Below the pieces are notes generated by a model. That model did no database searches and was not told where the DNA came from. It saw only the letters and a list, made by a program, of their open reading frames with translations. This document shows positions 41,313-51,730 of a stretch of 64,000 bases of DNA, one piece after another. The stretch's first letter is position 1, and each line of letters begins with the position of its first letter. Both the position numbers and the translations under genes were made by a program. Origin of the DNA: an uncultured Alphaproteobacteria bacterium (GTDB lineage Bacteria > Pseudomonadota > Alphaproteobacteria > ATCC43930 > CGMCC-115725); the NCBI GenBank assembly GCA_963721625.1, contig CAVRKF010000012.1, forward strand, positions 104,283 through 168,282, given 5' to 3'.

Positions 41313-43068
41313 CTACCGGTTGGGCGAAGCCGTGGCCGCGTCCAGCTTCGCCTTGATCTCCTCCATGTGGGCCACGGTATATTCGTAGCCTTTGCCCATC
41401 GACGCCTCGAGCCCCTTCCAATCGAGCAGCCCGATCGAGCCGATATCCGGTTTCAGCAGCACGTCGGGCCGGAACCGCGCCGAGCCATAGGTCGCGGCCG
41501 CGTTGATCGTCGCAACCCGCCACAACACCTGGAAGATCGTGGGACCCGGCGGCGAACGCCACAGGCCGAAGGCGCGCGACTTCCGCTCCTTGTCCGCGGT
41601 GAAAGGGGTATCGGAATGGATGTCCACCGCGATCACCGGACCGCGCCCGATCTCGCGCATGACATCCACGGGCATGTTGTTGATGACGCCGCCATCGACA
41701 TAGATCTGCCCCTCGTCGTCGACGAGCGGGGGCAGGACGCCGGGAATGGCGATCGAGGCGCGAATCCAGGTCGTCAGCATGCCGCGATTGTGGATGGCCG
41801 GCCCGGTGACGGTGAGGTTGGTGGAAAGGCAAAAAAAGGTCAGCGGCAAGTCCTCGATGGCGGTGCCGCCGAACCATTTCTCCAGCCACTGGCCGAGACG
41901 GCGCCCGGCGAGCAGCGCCACGGTGGGGATGGTGAAATCGGTGAGCGGACTGCGGCCGCTGAAAGTGTCGCGATAGCAAAGGATCATCTTGTCGCGCTGC
42001 CACTCGGCCGCAACCATCGCCGCCACGATCGAGCCGATGCTGGTGCCGCCGACGATATCGACCGGGATGCCGTGGTCGCGCAAGGCCCAGATTACGCCGT
42101 AATGGGCGACGCCGCGCGCACCCCCGCCGGCAAGCACGAGGCCGACCGCCTTGCCCGTCATGAGCCGCGCCAATCGCTCCAGGTCGGCGTCGGCGCGAAG
42201 ATGATGGTGCATCTTGAAATCGTGGAGCGCGAGCCAGCCTGCCGTGCCGTTGATGGTCGCGCCCTCATCCCACAACAGCGCGAGATCCATCGGGCGAATG
42301 GTTTCGGGCGTGCTGTCGAAGCGCAGCGCGTCGAACGGCGACGCGGGCCGGCCGCCGCGCGCGACAAGCAGCAGAGAATCCGCCTGGCGCAGACATATCT
42401 GCGTCCACGGCGTCGGTCCGGCCTCGGCCAGATATACCACGATGTTGTGCTCGGCCTCGAGCTCGCGGAACCAGTCGAGCGAACGACCTGCCGCCAACTC
42501 GCGCGTGACGCAGGCCACGCTGTGATACGCCCCGAGCGCCGCCGTCAGCCGCCGCGCAAGGCTCTCGCCGTCGATGGCGGGATCGTGGGGAACGATCGCG
42601 AGCGAGCGATCGAAACGCTTGGGCGCCGGGTCGCTTTGCGCCGCGCGCAGGCGGCTGATCAGCGTCTTGGTGATCGCCAACAGCGCCCCGGGATGGCGTT
42701 CGGCAAAGGCATCCCAGTCGCGCTTGGAAATGGCGAGACATTCGGCGTCGCGCAGGCAGCGCACGGTCGCGGAGCGCGGCTCGCCGCTGATCAGTCCCAT
42801 CTCGCCGACCACCTCGCCGGGCGGGATGCGTCCGATGAAGCGTTCATCGCCCGTGGTCGGTGCGGATGTAAACCCCGAGGGCGCCGCTTACGACGATGAA
42901 CAGTTCATCGGAGGGATCGTTCTGGTGAATTAATGTCTTGCCGCCCAGCGCCGTAAACCAAGTAAAACTGTCCGATATTTCTAACACTTCGTCTTCGGAG
43001 AGGTAAGAAAACGGCGCCACTTTCGATATCAGCGCGACCCATTGATTGTCGTCTGTTCCGCGAGCCAT
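41313..43068 (-). pseudogene. cyclic-nucleotide-binding domain + patatin-like phospholipase (NTE-like) protein, one frame break
   Basis: ORF 42844..43095 (ATG at 43068, MARGTDDNQW...LFIVVSGALGVYIRTD) runs into ORF 41313..42812 (VGEMGLISGEPRSATVRCL, then GLVLAGGGARGVAHYGV...GTSIGSIVAA...VDGGVINNMP). The junction is near 42840. Confidence 0.85.
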
Positions 43069-43459
43069 GGTTGTTATGCTCGGTCCGCCGCGCAATTTGG
43101 TCTCAGGTGATCAACGTTATTGGGGCCGCTCGTGGTTAACAATAACATACGCCGTCTGCCCTGCTCAAGCCGGGTTGCGTACATACTGCGCACGCAAGCC
43201 GGCCGCAACAAAGTGCGGCAGAAATGACGCAGATTGCGGGAAAGGCGCCCGCAGGGTGGCCGCATCACTGCCGCGAAAGAGGAAATCACCCTGTGATATC
43301 AACGCTTGCAGCCAAAGCAATAATCGTTTACGTGTCATTGACAGCAACGCGGTTCAGTGCAATTGTCGTTAACGGGGGTTCAACGTGATTGGGGGGGGTT
43401 TCCAAATTCTTCCAAGCCACGCCTCCAGCGGACTGAGCACAATAAGGGAGATTTCACCA
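43069..43459. other. AT-richer divergent intergenic region (likely promoter space for 43068<- and ->43460)
   Basis: Roughly 390 nt without a credible ORF, visibly lower in G+C than the rest of the window. It contains two GTTAAC sites, a TGTGATATCAAC element and a G8 run (43391..43398). An aagggag Shine-Dalgarno sequence lies at 43444..43450. Confidence 0.4.
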
Positions 43460-43882
43460 ATGGCGCGATTCTTGCCCATGTTGACGACCATCGCCTCGGT
43501 GGGTGTCATCGCAGTTGCATTATCAGCCCTGCCGGCGCGCGCGGCAGGCCCGTTCGATGGCAGCTGGGTCATCGATGCTCCACCGGCAGGCGGCGCCATC
43601 GGTGCCGAAGGGGAGTACACATGCCCGGCGCTGCGTCTTCCCTTCACCGTCAGAGACGGCCAGGTGATCGGCGAGTTGCATCGCACCCCCGGCAACTCGA
43701 TTGTGGCTGGCAAGGCCTCCAATTCCTCTCCGGTCACCGGATCGGTCTCGCCCGATGGCAGCGTCGACGTCACGTGGCAGAACTTCCACGCCACCGGCAA
43801 GCTGAGCGGCAGCTCGGGCCAAGTCGGCTGGGCCGGTGAGTGCGGTCCCCGCACCGCGACCGCGACGAAGGTTGGTGGCTGA
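43460..43882 (+). CDS. secreted hypothetical protein
   Basis: This is the 3' part of ORF 43385..43882, starting at the ATG at 43460 behind aagggag. The signal peptide is MARFLPMLTTIASVGVIAVALSALPARAAGP, followed by a small Gly/Ser-rich domain with two Cys residues. Confidence 0.6.
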   Translation: MARFLPMLTTIASVGVIAVALSALPARAAGPFDGSWVIDAPPAGGAIGAEGEYTCPALRLPFTVRDGQVIGELHRTPGNSIVAGKASNSSPVTGSVSPDGSVDVTWQNFHATGKLSGSSGQVGWAGECGPRTATATKVGG

Positions 43883-43977
43883 TTTGATGCCGATGCCGTC
43901 GGTACGAGCGGCAGACCACGCCTGCTCGTGCTGATGGACTGCACCGCCTCGATCCTTCATCGCCAACGTCGAACCCT

Positions 43978-44011
43978 GTACGACCGCCCCCTTTGACGGG
44001 AGCGGTCGTAC
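43978..44011 (+). terminator. perfect 10-bp stem hairpin downstream of 43460..43882 (candidate terminator; no U-tract)
   Basis: gtacgaccgc (43978..43987) pairs with gcggtcgtac (44002..44011) across a 14-nt loop. Confidence 0.3.
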
Positions 44012-44078
44012 GTGCTTGCTCGACCCCCTGGGCTCGGCTCCGCTAAGCCTAGGCTCGGCGGCGAGGGAGAGGTTGATC

Positions 44079-44879
44079 ATGCGCGAGAATAAGGTCAGGA
44101 CGATCTGGGCGGCGGGCGGCGCGGTCATCAACGGCTGGTGCGCGATCCCCAGCGGATTCGCTGCCGAGCTGATGGCACATATGGGCTGGGACTCCTTGGT
44201 CATCGACACGCAGCATGGGCTGGTCGATTACCAGGTGATGGTGTCGATGCTTCAGGGCATCTCGACCACGTCGGTCATGCCGATGGTGCGCGTGCCTTGG
44301 AATGACCCGGCGCCGGTCATGAAGGCGCTCGATGCCGGCGCCTATGGCATCATTTGTCCGATGGTGAACAGCCGCGCCGATTGCGAGCGCTTCGTTGGCG
44401 CGTGCCGCTACGCCCCGCGCGGCTATCGCAGCTCGGGGCCGACGCGTGCCGTGCTTTACGGCGGCGCCGATTATCCCGCCAAAGCCAACGACACCGTTCT
44501 GGCGCTGGCGATGATCGAGACGCGCGAGGCGCTCGGCAATCTCGACGCCATCCTCTCGACCCCCGAACTCGACGGGATCTATGTCGGCCCGTCGGACCTT
44601 TCGGTCTCGCTCGGCCTGCCGCATGGGCTCGACCGGGACGAAGAGCAGGTGATGACGGCGCTGCGCAGCGTGCTCGAAGGCTGCCGCCGGCATCGCGTCC
44701 GGGCCGGCATTCACACCGGCAGCACCGCCTATGCCAAGCGCATGATCGCCATGGGCTTCGACCTGGTGACGGTGCTCGGCGACACCCGCCTGCTCACGCT
44801 CGCGGGGAACCAGGCGGTAAAGGAGATGCGCGCCGGCACGGCCGCAGCCGCGCCGGCCAAGCCCGCATCGCCTTATTGA
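44079..44879 (+). CDS. HpcH/HpaI-family aldolase (2,4-dihydroxyhept-2-enedioate-type)
   Basis: ORF 44016..44879 from the ATG at 44079. The motifs are GWCAIPSGFAAELMAHMGWDSLVIDTQHG, ...PMVRVPWNDP..., ...ALAMIETREAL... and GIYVGPSDLS. Intact. Confidence 0.85.
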   Translation: MRENKVRTIWAAGGAVINGWCAIPSGFAAELMAHMGWDSLVIDTQHGLVDYQVMVSMLQGISTTSVMPMVRVPWNDPAPVMKALDAGAYGIICPMVNSRADCERFVGACRYAPRGYRSSGPTRAVLYGGADYPAKANDTVLALAMIETREALGNLDAILSTPELDGIYVGPSDLSVSLGLPHGLDRDEEQVMTALRSVLEGCRRHRVRAGIHTGSTAYAKRMIAMGFDLVTVLGDTRLLTLAGNQAVKEMRAGTAAAAPAKPASPY

Positions 44880-44894
44880 GCCCGCGAGCCGGTC

Positions 44895-45842
44895 ATGGCG
44901 GCGCGCCGGATCGACGTCCACCTGCACATCATCCCGTCCTTCTATCGCGACGCGGTTTATGAGGCGGGTACCGGTCCGGCTCTTGGCCGCTACCCCGACT
45001 GGTCGCCCGAGATGGCGCTCGAACTGATGGACCGGAGCGAGATCGCGACCGCGATCACCTCGCTCGCCCAGCCGGGCGTGCAGTTCGCCGCCGGGGAGAC
45101 GGCACGGCGTCTCGCCCGGCGCTGCAACGAATATGCGGCCGAGCTCAACCAGCGCTGGCCGCGACGTTTCGGCGCCTTCGCGCTGGTGCCGATGCACGAC
45201 CGCGACGATGCCATCGCCGAGATCGACCACGCTTATGACGCGCTGGGCTTCGCCGGCGTCTGCCTGTTCGCAAGCTACGGCGAGAAGTTTCTCGGCGATT
45301 CGCATTTCGATCCGGTGCTCGAGGCGCTCGACCGGCGCGGCGCCGTGGTGTTCGTCCACCCCGCCTATCACCCCTCGAGCCGAGGCCTCGACCTGCCCTG
45401 GCCGGGGTTCATGATGGAGTATCTGTTCGACACCACGCGCGCCGCCGCGAACCTGCTCATGTCGGGCGCGCTCGAGCGCTTTGCGCGCATCAAGTTCATT
45501 CTCGCCCATGCCGGCGGCGTCCTGCCGTATTTCGCCTGGCGCCTGTCGGTCGCGCCGATGATCGACGCGCGCATGCAGCAAAGGCCGCGTACAGAGATTC
45601 TCGCCGGCCTCAAGCATTTCTGGTACGACACGGCGCTGGCGCCCGGCGCCACGACGATGGGCGCGCTCGCGACCGTGGCGGCACCCGAGCGCATCGTCTT
45701 CGGCAGCGACTGGCCCTTCGCCAATGCGCGCGTCGTCGCCGAAGCGCTCGCGGCCCATACCGAGCCCGGATTGCACAGACCCGACCGGCTCGCCGCGATC
45801 GACCGCGGCAACGCGCTCGCGCTTTTTCCGCAGTTCGCCTGA
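44895..45842 (+). CDS. amidohydrolase-2 (ACMSD/LigW-like) family protein
   Basis: Intact ORF. The N-terminal metal motif is RIDVHLHIIP, with later ...FVHPAYH... and ...FILAHAGG...FGSDWPF. Confidence 0.8.
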   Translation: MAARRIDVHLHIIPSFYRDAVYEAGTGPALGRYPDWSPEMALELMDRSEIATAITSLAQPGVQFAAGETARRLARRCNEYAAELNQRWPRRFGAFALVPMHDRDDAIAEIDHAYDALGFAGVCLFASYGEKFLGDSHFDPVLEALDRRGAVVFVHPAYHPSSRGLDLPWPGFMMEYLFDTTRAAANLLMSGALERFARIKFILAHAGGVLPYFAWRLSVAPMIDARMQQRPRTEILAGLKHFWYDTALAPGATTMGALATVAAPERIVFGSDWPFANARVVAEALAAHTEPGLHRPDRLAAIDRGNALALFPQFA

Positions 45843-45851
45843 GGCCGCCGC

Positions 45852-46828
45852 TTACGCGTCGAGGACGAGGCGCGTGCCCTTGAGCCGCGAGACGCAGATG
45901 CAGAGATGGTCGCCGCGCTCCTCGGTGCCGAGGAAATGGTCGCGGTGCTCGATCGGCCCGTCGGCCTCCAGCACCGGCAGCGGGCAGAACCCGCACTCGC
46001 CGCGCCCGCAATAGAATTGCGCCTGATAGCCCGTCGGCGAGCAGCGTCTCGAGAATGCTGGCATCGGTCGGCACGGTCGCGACGATGCCGGAGCGGCGCA
46101 GCTCGACCTCGAATTCGACGTCCTCATTGGGCGGCGGCGGCAGCTGGCGGATCGAAGCATGCCTGCAGGATCTGCAGACGCGACAACCCGTTTTCGAGTG
46201 CCTGTGCCGACGAGCGCCTGATTCATCGGCCGCTGGCCACAGATATAGACCTCGGCCGGATAGTCCAGCGCCGCGAATTCCGCATCGAGATCGAGCCGGC
46301 CGCCTTCGTAATGGAAATGCGCGCTGGCGCCGCACAGACGCTCGAGCTCGGCACAATAGGCCATCTCGTCGCGGCCGGGACCGGCATAATGCAGCGCGAA
46401 CGGGATCCCGCGGCGGACCAGCCCGCGCGCCATCGCGTAGATCGGCACGATGCCGATGCCGCCGGCGATGAGCAGGCGGTCGGCCTGATGATAATGCAGC
46501 GGAAAATCGTTGCGCGGCGGCGCAATCGAAAGCCGGTCGCCGACCGCGACGCGATCATGGAGAAAGCGCGACCCGCCGCGGCTCTCAACCTTGCGCTCGA
46601 CCGCGATGCGGTAGGTATCGGCGGGATCGTCACGCGTCCTCGCTGCCGCCGACCAGCGCATAGGCGCGTGGCTCGGTCGCGCCGCCATCGAGCCGGCACG
46701 TCGAGCGCGACATGGGCGCCCGGCTCCCACGGCGGCAGCGCCGCGCCGTCGGCGGCGACCAGCACCAGCTCGCGGATGGACGGCGTCAGCGCGCGCGCCT
46801 CTTTCACCGTCACGTCGATCTCGCCCAT
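45852..46828 (-). pseudogene. phthalate-dioxygenase-reductase-type oxidoreductase (flavin + NAD + plant-type 2Fe-2S), about three frame breaks
   Basis: ORF 46223..46828 N-terminus: MGEIDVTVKEARALTPSIRELVLVAADGAALPPWEPGAHV. ORF 45852..47696 gives YRIAVERKVESRGGSRFLHDRV...LLIAGGIGIVPIYAMA... and the C-terminal GRGECGFCPLPVLEADGPIEHRDHFL. Confidence 0.75.
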
Positions 46829-46885
46829 CTCCCGCTCCTTGCCGCGCGTCGCCGCCTCTGATGATAGGGCGCGCCGCCCGCCCGC

Positions 46886-47653
46886 TCAATGCATGCTCGA
46901 GCCGCCATCCACGACGAGCGTCTGGCCGGTGACGAAATCGCTGTCGGCCGAGGCGAAGAACAGGATCGCGCCGACCAGGTCCTCGGGCTTCTCGACCCGG
47001 CGCAGCGCGCGGTCCGACAGCGCGGCATTGCGCATCTTGAGCGTGTCGGCGTCGGGCGCCTCTTCGCTCAGCGTGCTGCCCGGGGCGATGCAGTTGACGC
47101 AGATGCCGTGGCCGCCGACCTCGCGCGCGAGCGTGCGGGTGAAGCCCAGTATGCCGGCCTTCGAGGTCACGTAGTGGATGCGGCTGGCGCTGCCCTTGAG
47201 CGCGGTGCCGGAGCTGATATTGATGATCTTGCCATAGCCCTGCTGCTTCATCTGCGGCACGACGGCGCGGCAGGCGAACCACGTGCCCTTGAGATTGACC
47301 GCCATCATGCGGTCCCATTCGGCCGGATCGATCTCGTCGAAGGGCGCGCGCGACATCGGCACGGTGGCGAAGATCGCGGCGTTGTTGACCAGCACCTCGA
47401 TACGCCCGAAGGCGTCGAGCGTGCGCCTGGCCATCGCCGCGACGCTGTCCCATTGCGACACGTCGGTCTCGACCGCGAGCGCCTTGAACCCCTCCTGCAC
47501 CAGCGCGCCCGCCACGGCGTTCGCCGCCGCGCCGTCGATCTCGGCGATGACGACGCTCGCGCCCTCGGCCGCGAGGCCGCGGGCATAGGCCTTGCCGATG
47601 CCGTGCCCGCCGCCGGTGACGATCGCGACGCGGCCCTCCAGTCTTCCGGCCAT
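46886..47653 (-). CDS. SDR family oxidoreductase
   Basis: ORF 46886..47674, intact, with a likely start at MAGRLEG (47653). The motifs are VAIVTGGGHGIGKA, NNAA and YVTSKAG. Confidence 0.85.
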   Translation of the reverse strand: MAGRLEGRVAIVTGGGHGIGKAYARGLAAEGASVVIAEIDGAAANAVAGALVQEGFKALAVETDVSQWDSVAAMARRTLDAFGRIEVLVNNAAIFATVPMSRAPFDEIDPAEWDRMMAVNLKGTWFACRAVVPQMKQQGYGKIINISSGTALKGSASRIHYVTSKAGILGFTRTLAREVGGHGICVNCIAPGSTLSEEAPDADTLKMRNAALSDRALRRVEKPEDLVGAILFFASADSDFVTGQTLVVDGGSSMH

Positions 47654-47751
47654 TTCGCTCTCCCTTCGGTTCAATTCCCGCCCCCTTGCCCATCAAAGCA
47701 GCCTACGCTCTATTACCGCAAGGGATCAGAACGCTGCGCCAAGGGGACGAA

Positions 47752-48957
47752 ATGCCACGGACACCACGCGTCGCCATTATCGGCGGCGGCATCGGCGGCC
47801 TCGCCGCGGCGGTTGCGCTCCACCGCCGCGGCGTCGAGGTCGAGGTCTACGAGCAATCGGCGAAGCTCAGCGAGATCGGCGCCGGCCTCAATCTGAGCCC
47901 CAACGCGATCAAGGCGTTTCGCGCGCTGGGCCTGGAGAAGGAGATCGCGGCGATCGGCTTCGAATCCGATTTCCAGGTCATCCGCAACTGGCGCAACGGC
48001 CACGTCATTTCGCGCCAGCCGCGCAAGGGCCGGTTCAGCGCGCAGTTCGGCGCGCCGCATCTGACGCTCCACCGCGCCGATCTGCTCGAGGTTCTGTCCC
48101 GTCCCCTGCCCGATCGGGTCTTTCGCCTCGGTGCGCGCTGCGTCGCGGTCGTGCCGGGCGAGAACTCCGCCCGCGCGCGCTTTGCCGATGGCAGCGCGAT
48201 CGAGGCCGACGTCGTTGTCGGCGCCGACGGCATCCGCTCGGCCGTCCGCACCAGCCTGTTCGGTCCCGAGGCGCCGCGCTTCACCGGCTGCGTGTGCTGG
48301 CGCGGCCTCGTGCCGTTCGAGGCGGTGCCGCGCGGCCTCATCTCCACCGACGGCACGATGTACTGGGTCCTCACGGCCATGTCGTGCATTACATCGTGCG
48401 GCGCGGCGAGCTGGTGAACTTCGTCGCGCATTACGACAGCGATGCCTGGACCGAGGAATCGTGGACGCATGAATGCGACAAGGCCGAGGTGCTGGCGACC
48501 TATGCGGGCTGGCACGAGCCGCTGCTGCGTCTCTTCGAATGCGCCGATCACTACTACAAATGGGCGCTTTATGACCGCGATCCGCCCGCGCATTGGAGCC
48601 AGGGCCGGGCGACGCTGCTCGGCGATTCCGCGCACGCGATGCTGCCCTATCTCGGCCAGGGCGCGTGCATGGCGATCGAGGACGGCTATATCCTCGCCGC
48701 GGCGATCGCGGCGATGCCGGACGATCTCGGCCGCGCGCTGCGCGAGTACGAGCGGCTGCGCATGCCGCGCACGCAACAGCACCGTGCTCGGCTCGCGCGC
48801 CCGCGCCAAGGAGAACCACCTGGCGTCGCCCTGGGCGCGGCTCAAGCGCAACGCCAAGATCGCGCTGCGCGGCCGGCTCGGCATCGACCGCACCGTGTTC
48901 CAGGCCGACTGGCTCTACACCTACGACGTCGCGGCCGAGGCGCGGTTTGCGGCGTGA
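47752..48957 (+). pseudogene. FAD-dependent aromatic monooxygenase (salicylate-hydroxylase-like), two frame breaks
   Basis: The ATG at 47752 gives RVAIIGGGIGGLAAAVAL... and GADGIRSAVR (ORF 47686..48417). Sense continues with HVVHYIVRRGELVNFVA...LLGDSAHAMLPYLGQGACMAIEDG (frame of ORF 47592..) and then ...NHLASPWARLKRN...DWLYTYDV (ORF 48442..48957). Junctions are near 48365 and 48780. Confidence 0.8.
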
Positions 48958-49025
48958 GCGCCGCGCGCGATTGCGCCGCCCCTGGCCGCGTGCCAGACTG
49001 GTCGCGCCGCAGCGGGAGGACAACG

Positions 49026-49484
49026 ATGGATGCGAACGAGACGCGCCTGATCCAGGACGAATGCCGCGAGCTGGTGGTCCGGCTCACCCATTGCAGCGAT
49101 CACGGCGAGCACGCGCAGGCGGTCGATCTCTTCACCGCCCGACGGCACCTGGATTCGCGGCGGCAAGCCCTATACCGGGCGCGCCGAGATGCTGCAGTCG
49201 TTCAACCGCGGCACGGGCACGACGGTGATCCGGCACATCACCTCGAACATCCTGATCGACGTGAAGGACGGCGCAGCGCCGAGGGCGTGACCTATTACAT
49301 CGCCTTCAACCAGGACCCCGGCACCGCCACGCCGAAGCCTGCCGCTGCCGCTTCGGCCCGCCCTTCAGCCTCGGCGAATGGCACGACAGTTCGTGCGCAC
49401 GCCGTCCGGCTGGCGCTTCGCGCGGCGCGAGGTGAAGCGCCTGTTCCAGCGCGCCGGCGGACCATTGATCCGCCGCCGCGATGA
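49026..49484 (+). pseudogene. SnoaL/NTF2-like small protein, several frame breaks
   Basis: The ATG at 49026 gives MDANETRLIQDECRELVVRLTHCSDHGEHAQAVDLFT. Further pieces are DGTWIRGGKPYTGRAEMLQSFN...VIRHITSNILIDV, VTYYIAFNQDPGT and FVRTPSGWRFARREVKRLFQRA, in different frames. The 3' end is uncertain. Confidence 0.5.
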
Positions 49485-50626
49485 CGAACGCCCGCCCCGA
49501 CCCGCGCCGCGGCACCAATCCGCTGTTCAACGACAACCGAATGAAGCTCGGCACCTTCGGCACCAATGTCAGCAATGGCTGCGCCATCACCACCGCGCCC
49601 GAAGCGCTCGTCACGCTCCTGGCCGAACACGCTGGCGATCGCCCAGGCGGCCGACCGGCTCGGCTTCGAGGCGCTGGTGCCGGTCGCGCGCTGGAAGGGC
49701 TTCGGCGGCGAGTCGAATTTCAACGGCACGCAATTTCGAGACCTATACCTGGGCCGCCGGCCTCGCCCAGGCGACGAAGCAGCGCCTGCGTCTTCACCAC
49801 CTCGCACGTGCCGACCGTCCATCCGATCATGGCGGCCAAGCAGGCGACCACCGTCGACCACATCAGCAACGGCCGCTTCGCCCTCAACATCGTCTGCGGC
49901 TGGTTCGCGCCCGAACTCGAAATGTTCGGCGCGCCGATCATGGAGCACGACACCCGCTACGACTATGCGGCGGAGTGGATCGAGATCATGAAGCTGCTGT
50001 GGACGCGCGAGGAGGAGTTCGATTACGAGGGCAAGTTCCTGCAGGTACCAAGGGCTTCTCGATGCCGAAGCCGATCCAGAAGCCGTTCCCGCCGCTGATG
50101 AACGCGGGCGCGTCGGGCAAGGGCCAGCATTTCGCCGCCAAATACGCCGACATGGCTTTCATCACCTTCGATCCCGACGACCTCGAGCGGTCGCGCGCGC
50201 ATATCGACATCCTATCGCCGCCTCGCGCGCGAGGAATATGGGCGCGAGCTGCAGACTGTGGTGCAACGGCACCGTGGTCCAGCGCGACACGCAGAAGGAG
50301 GCCGAGGACTATCTCACTATTACGTCGTCGAGAAGGGCGACGACGCGGCGGTCGACAACCTCCTCGCGGTGCAGAGCCGGCAGATGCAGCGCCTGCATGC
50401 CGCGTCAGCGCGGAAGCGCTCGCTTCAGCCTCAAGGCCGGATGGAGCGGCCATCCGCTGGTCGGTACGCGCCGATCACATCGTCGCCAGGATCGCAGAAG
50501 ATCGCCGATCTCGGCATCGACGGCATGATCCTCAACTGGGTCGATTACATCGACGGGATGCAGCGCTGGGAAAAGGACGTGATGCCGCGCCTCGAACAGG
50601 CGGGGCTGCGCCGCCCGCGACAGTGA
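49481..50626 (+). pseudogene. LLM-class (luciferase-like) flavin-dependent monooxygenase, at least six frame breaks
   Basis: Pieces: NPLFNDNRMKLGTFGTNVSNGCAITT; LAIAQAADRLGFEALVPVARWKGFGGESNFNG; TSHVPTVHPIMAAKQATTVDHISNGRFALNIVCGWFAPELEMFG; KPFPPLMNAGASGKGQHFAAKYADMAF; KIADLGIDGMILNWVDYIDGMQRWEKDVMP. They are spread over ORFs 49481.., 49566.., 49378.., 50238.. and 50258... Confidence 0.75.
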
Positions 50627-50651
50627 TGCGGCGGCGGCAGGGAGCGCGATC

Positions 50652-51711
50652 ATGGCGGAGATTCTCGGACTCGGCACCACCCATCGGCCGCTGATGCTGC
50701 GGCGCGACGAGGGCTGGACCTTCGGATTGAAGCTCGCGCTCGCCGACCCCGACCTGCCGGCGGAATGGAAGGACCCGGCGCGCTGGCCCGCCCGGATGCG
50801 CGCGGAACTCGGCAACGATTTCGGCGTCGCCGAGGCCGGGCGCCAGCGCCAGATCTTGCGCGGCCACTTCGCCGAGGCGCGGCGCGCGCTCGACGAATTC
50901 GAGCCCGACGTCATCATCATGTGGGGCGACGACCAGCACGAGAATTTCCAGGAGGACCTGATCCCGCCTTTCGCGGTGCTGGCCTATGACGACCAGACGA
51001 TCGAGCCGTGGAAGGAGCGCAACAACACCGAGAATCCGTGGGGCGAGCCGGTCGATTTCGCCTATCGCGTCCGCGGCCACCGCGACGCCGGGAAGTATCT
51101 CGCCACGGGCCTGATCGAGGCGGGCTTCGACATGCCCTACGCCTTGAAGCCGCTCCATCACAGTCTCGCGCACGCGTTCAAGAACACGGTGCTGCTGCTC
51201 GACGACGCACGGACGCGGGTTCGACTATCCGCTCGTGCCCTTCCACGTCAATTGCTACGGGCGGCGGGTCAACGCGGCCGCAGGGGCTGCGCCTGCCGCT
51301 GGCGATGCGCGACCGCTTGAAGGACCTCGATCCGCCCTCGCCCAATCCGCGCCGCTGCATGGAAGTGGGCGCGGCGGTGGCGAAGATCATGGCGGCGAGC
51401 CCGTGGCGCGCCGCGCTCGTCGCCTCGTCGAGCTGGTCCCATTCCTTCCTGACCGAGAAGCATTATCAGCTTTGGCCCGACGTCGCCCGCCGACAAGCGC
51501 TTCTACCAGGCGCTCGATGACGGCGACTACGATACCTGGCGCCGCACCACGACCGACGCAGATCGAGGACAGCGGCCATCACGAGCTCTTGAACTGGTTC
51601 TGCCTCCTCGGCGCGATGGAGGAACTCGGCCGCCGCACGCCCGACCGCAGCATCTTCCTCGAGACCTACGCCTTCGTCTCCTGCGCCGTCTTCGCGTACT
51701 ATCGCGCGTAG
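50652..51711 (+). pseudogene. class III (LigB-type) extradiol ring-cleavage dioxygenase family protein, three to four frame breaks
   Basis: ORF 50652..51320 gives MAEILGLGTTHRP...DVIIMWGDDQHENF...KPLHHSLAHAF. It continues in ORF 51235.. (FDYPLVPFHVNCYG), ORF 51008.. (LDPPSPNPRRCMEVGAAVAKIMAASPWRAALVASSSWSHSFL) and ORF 51235..51711 (IEDSGHHELLNWFCLLGAM...). Confidence 0.6.
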
Positions 51712-51730
51712 GCGCACGGCCTTGCCGGCA

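Noticed and set aside
39969-43068. Sir2-family gene next to a patatin-like gene, considered as a possible anti-phage defence pair.
   Set aside because: The Sir2 protein has the short canonical CobB architecture (GAGIS, QNIDGL, HG, a Zn ribbon CxxC...CxxC) with no extra effector or sensor domain. The patatin protein is the NTE-like cNMP-binding type. An ACT-domain metabolic regulator sits between them, and there are no other defence hallmarks or mobile-element signs.
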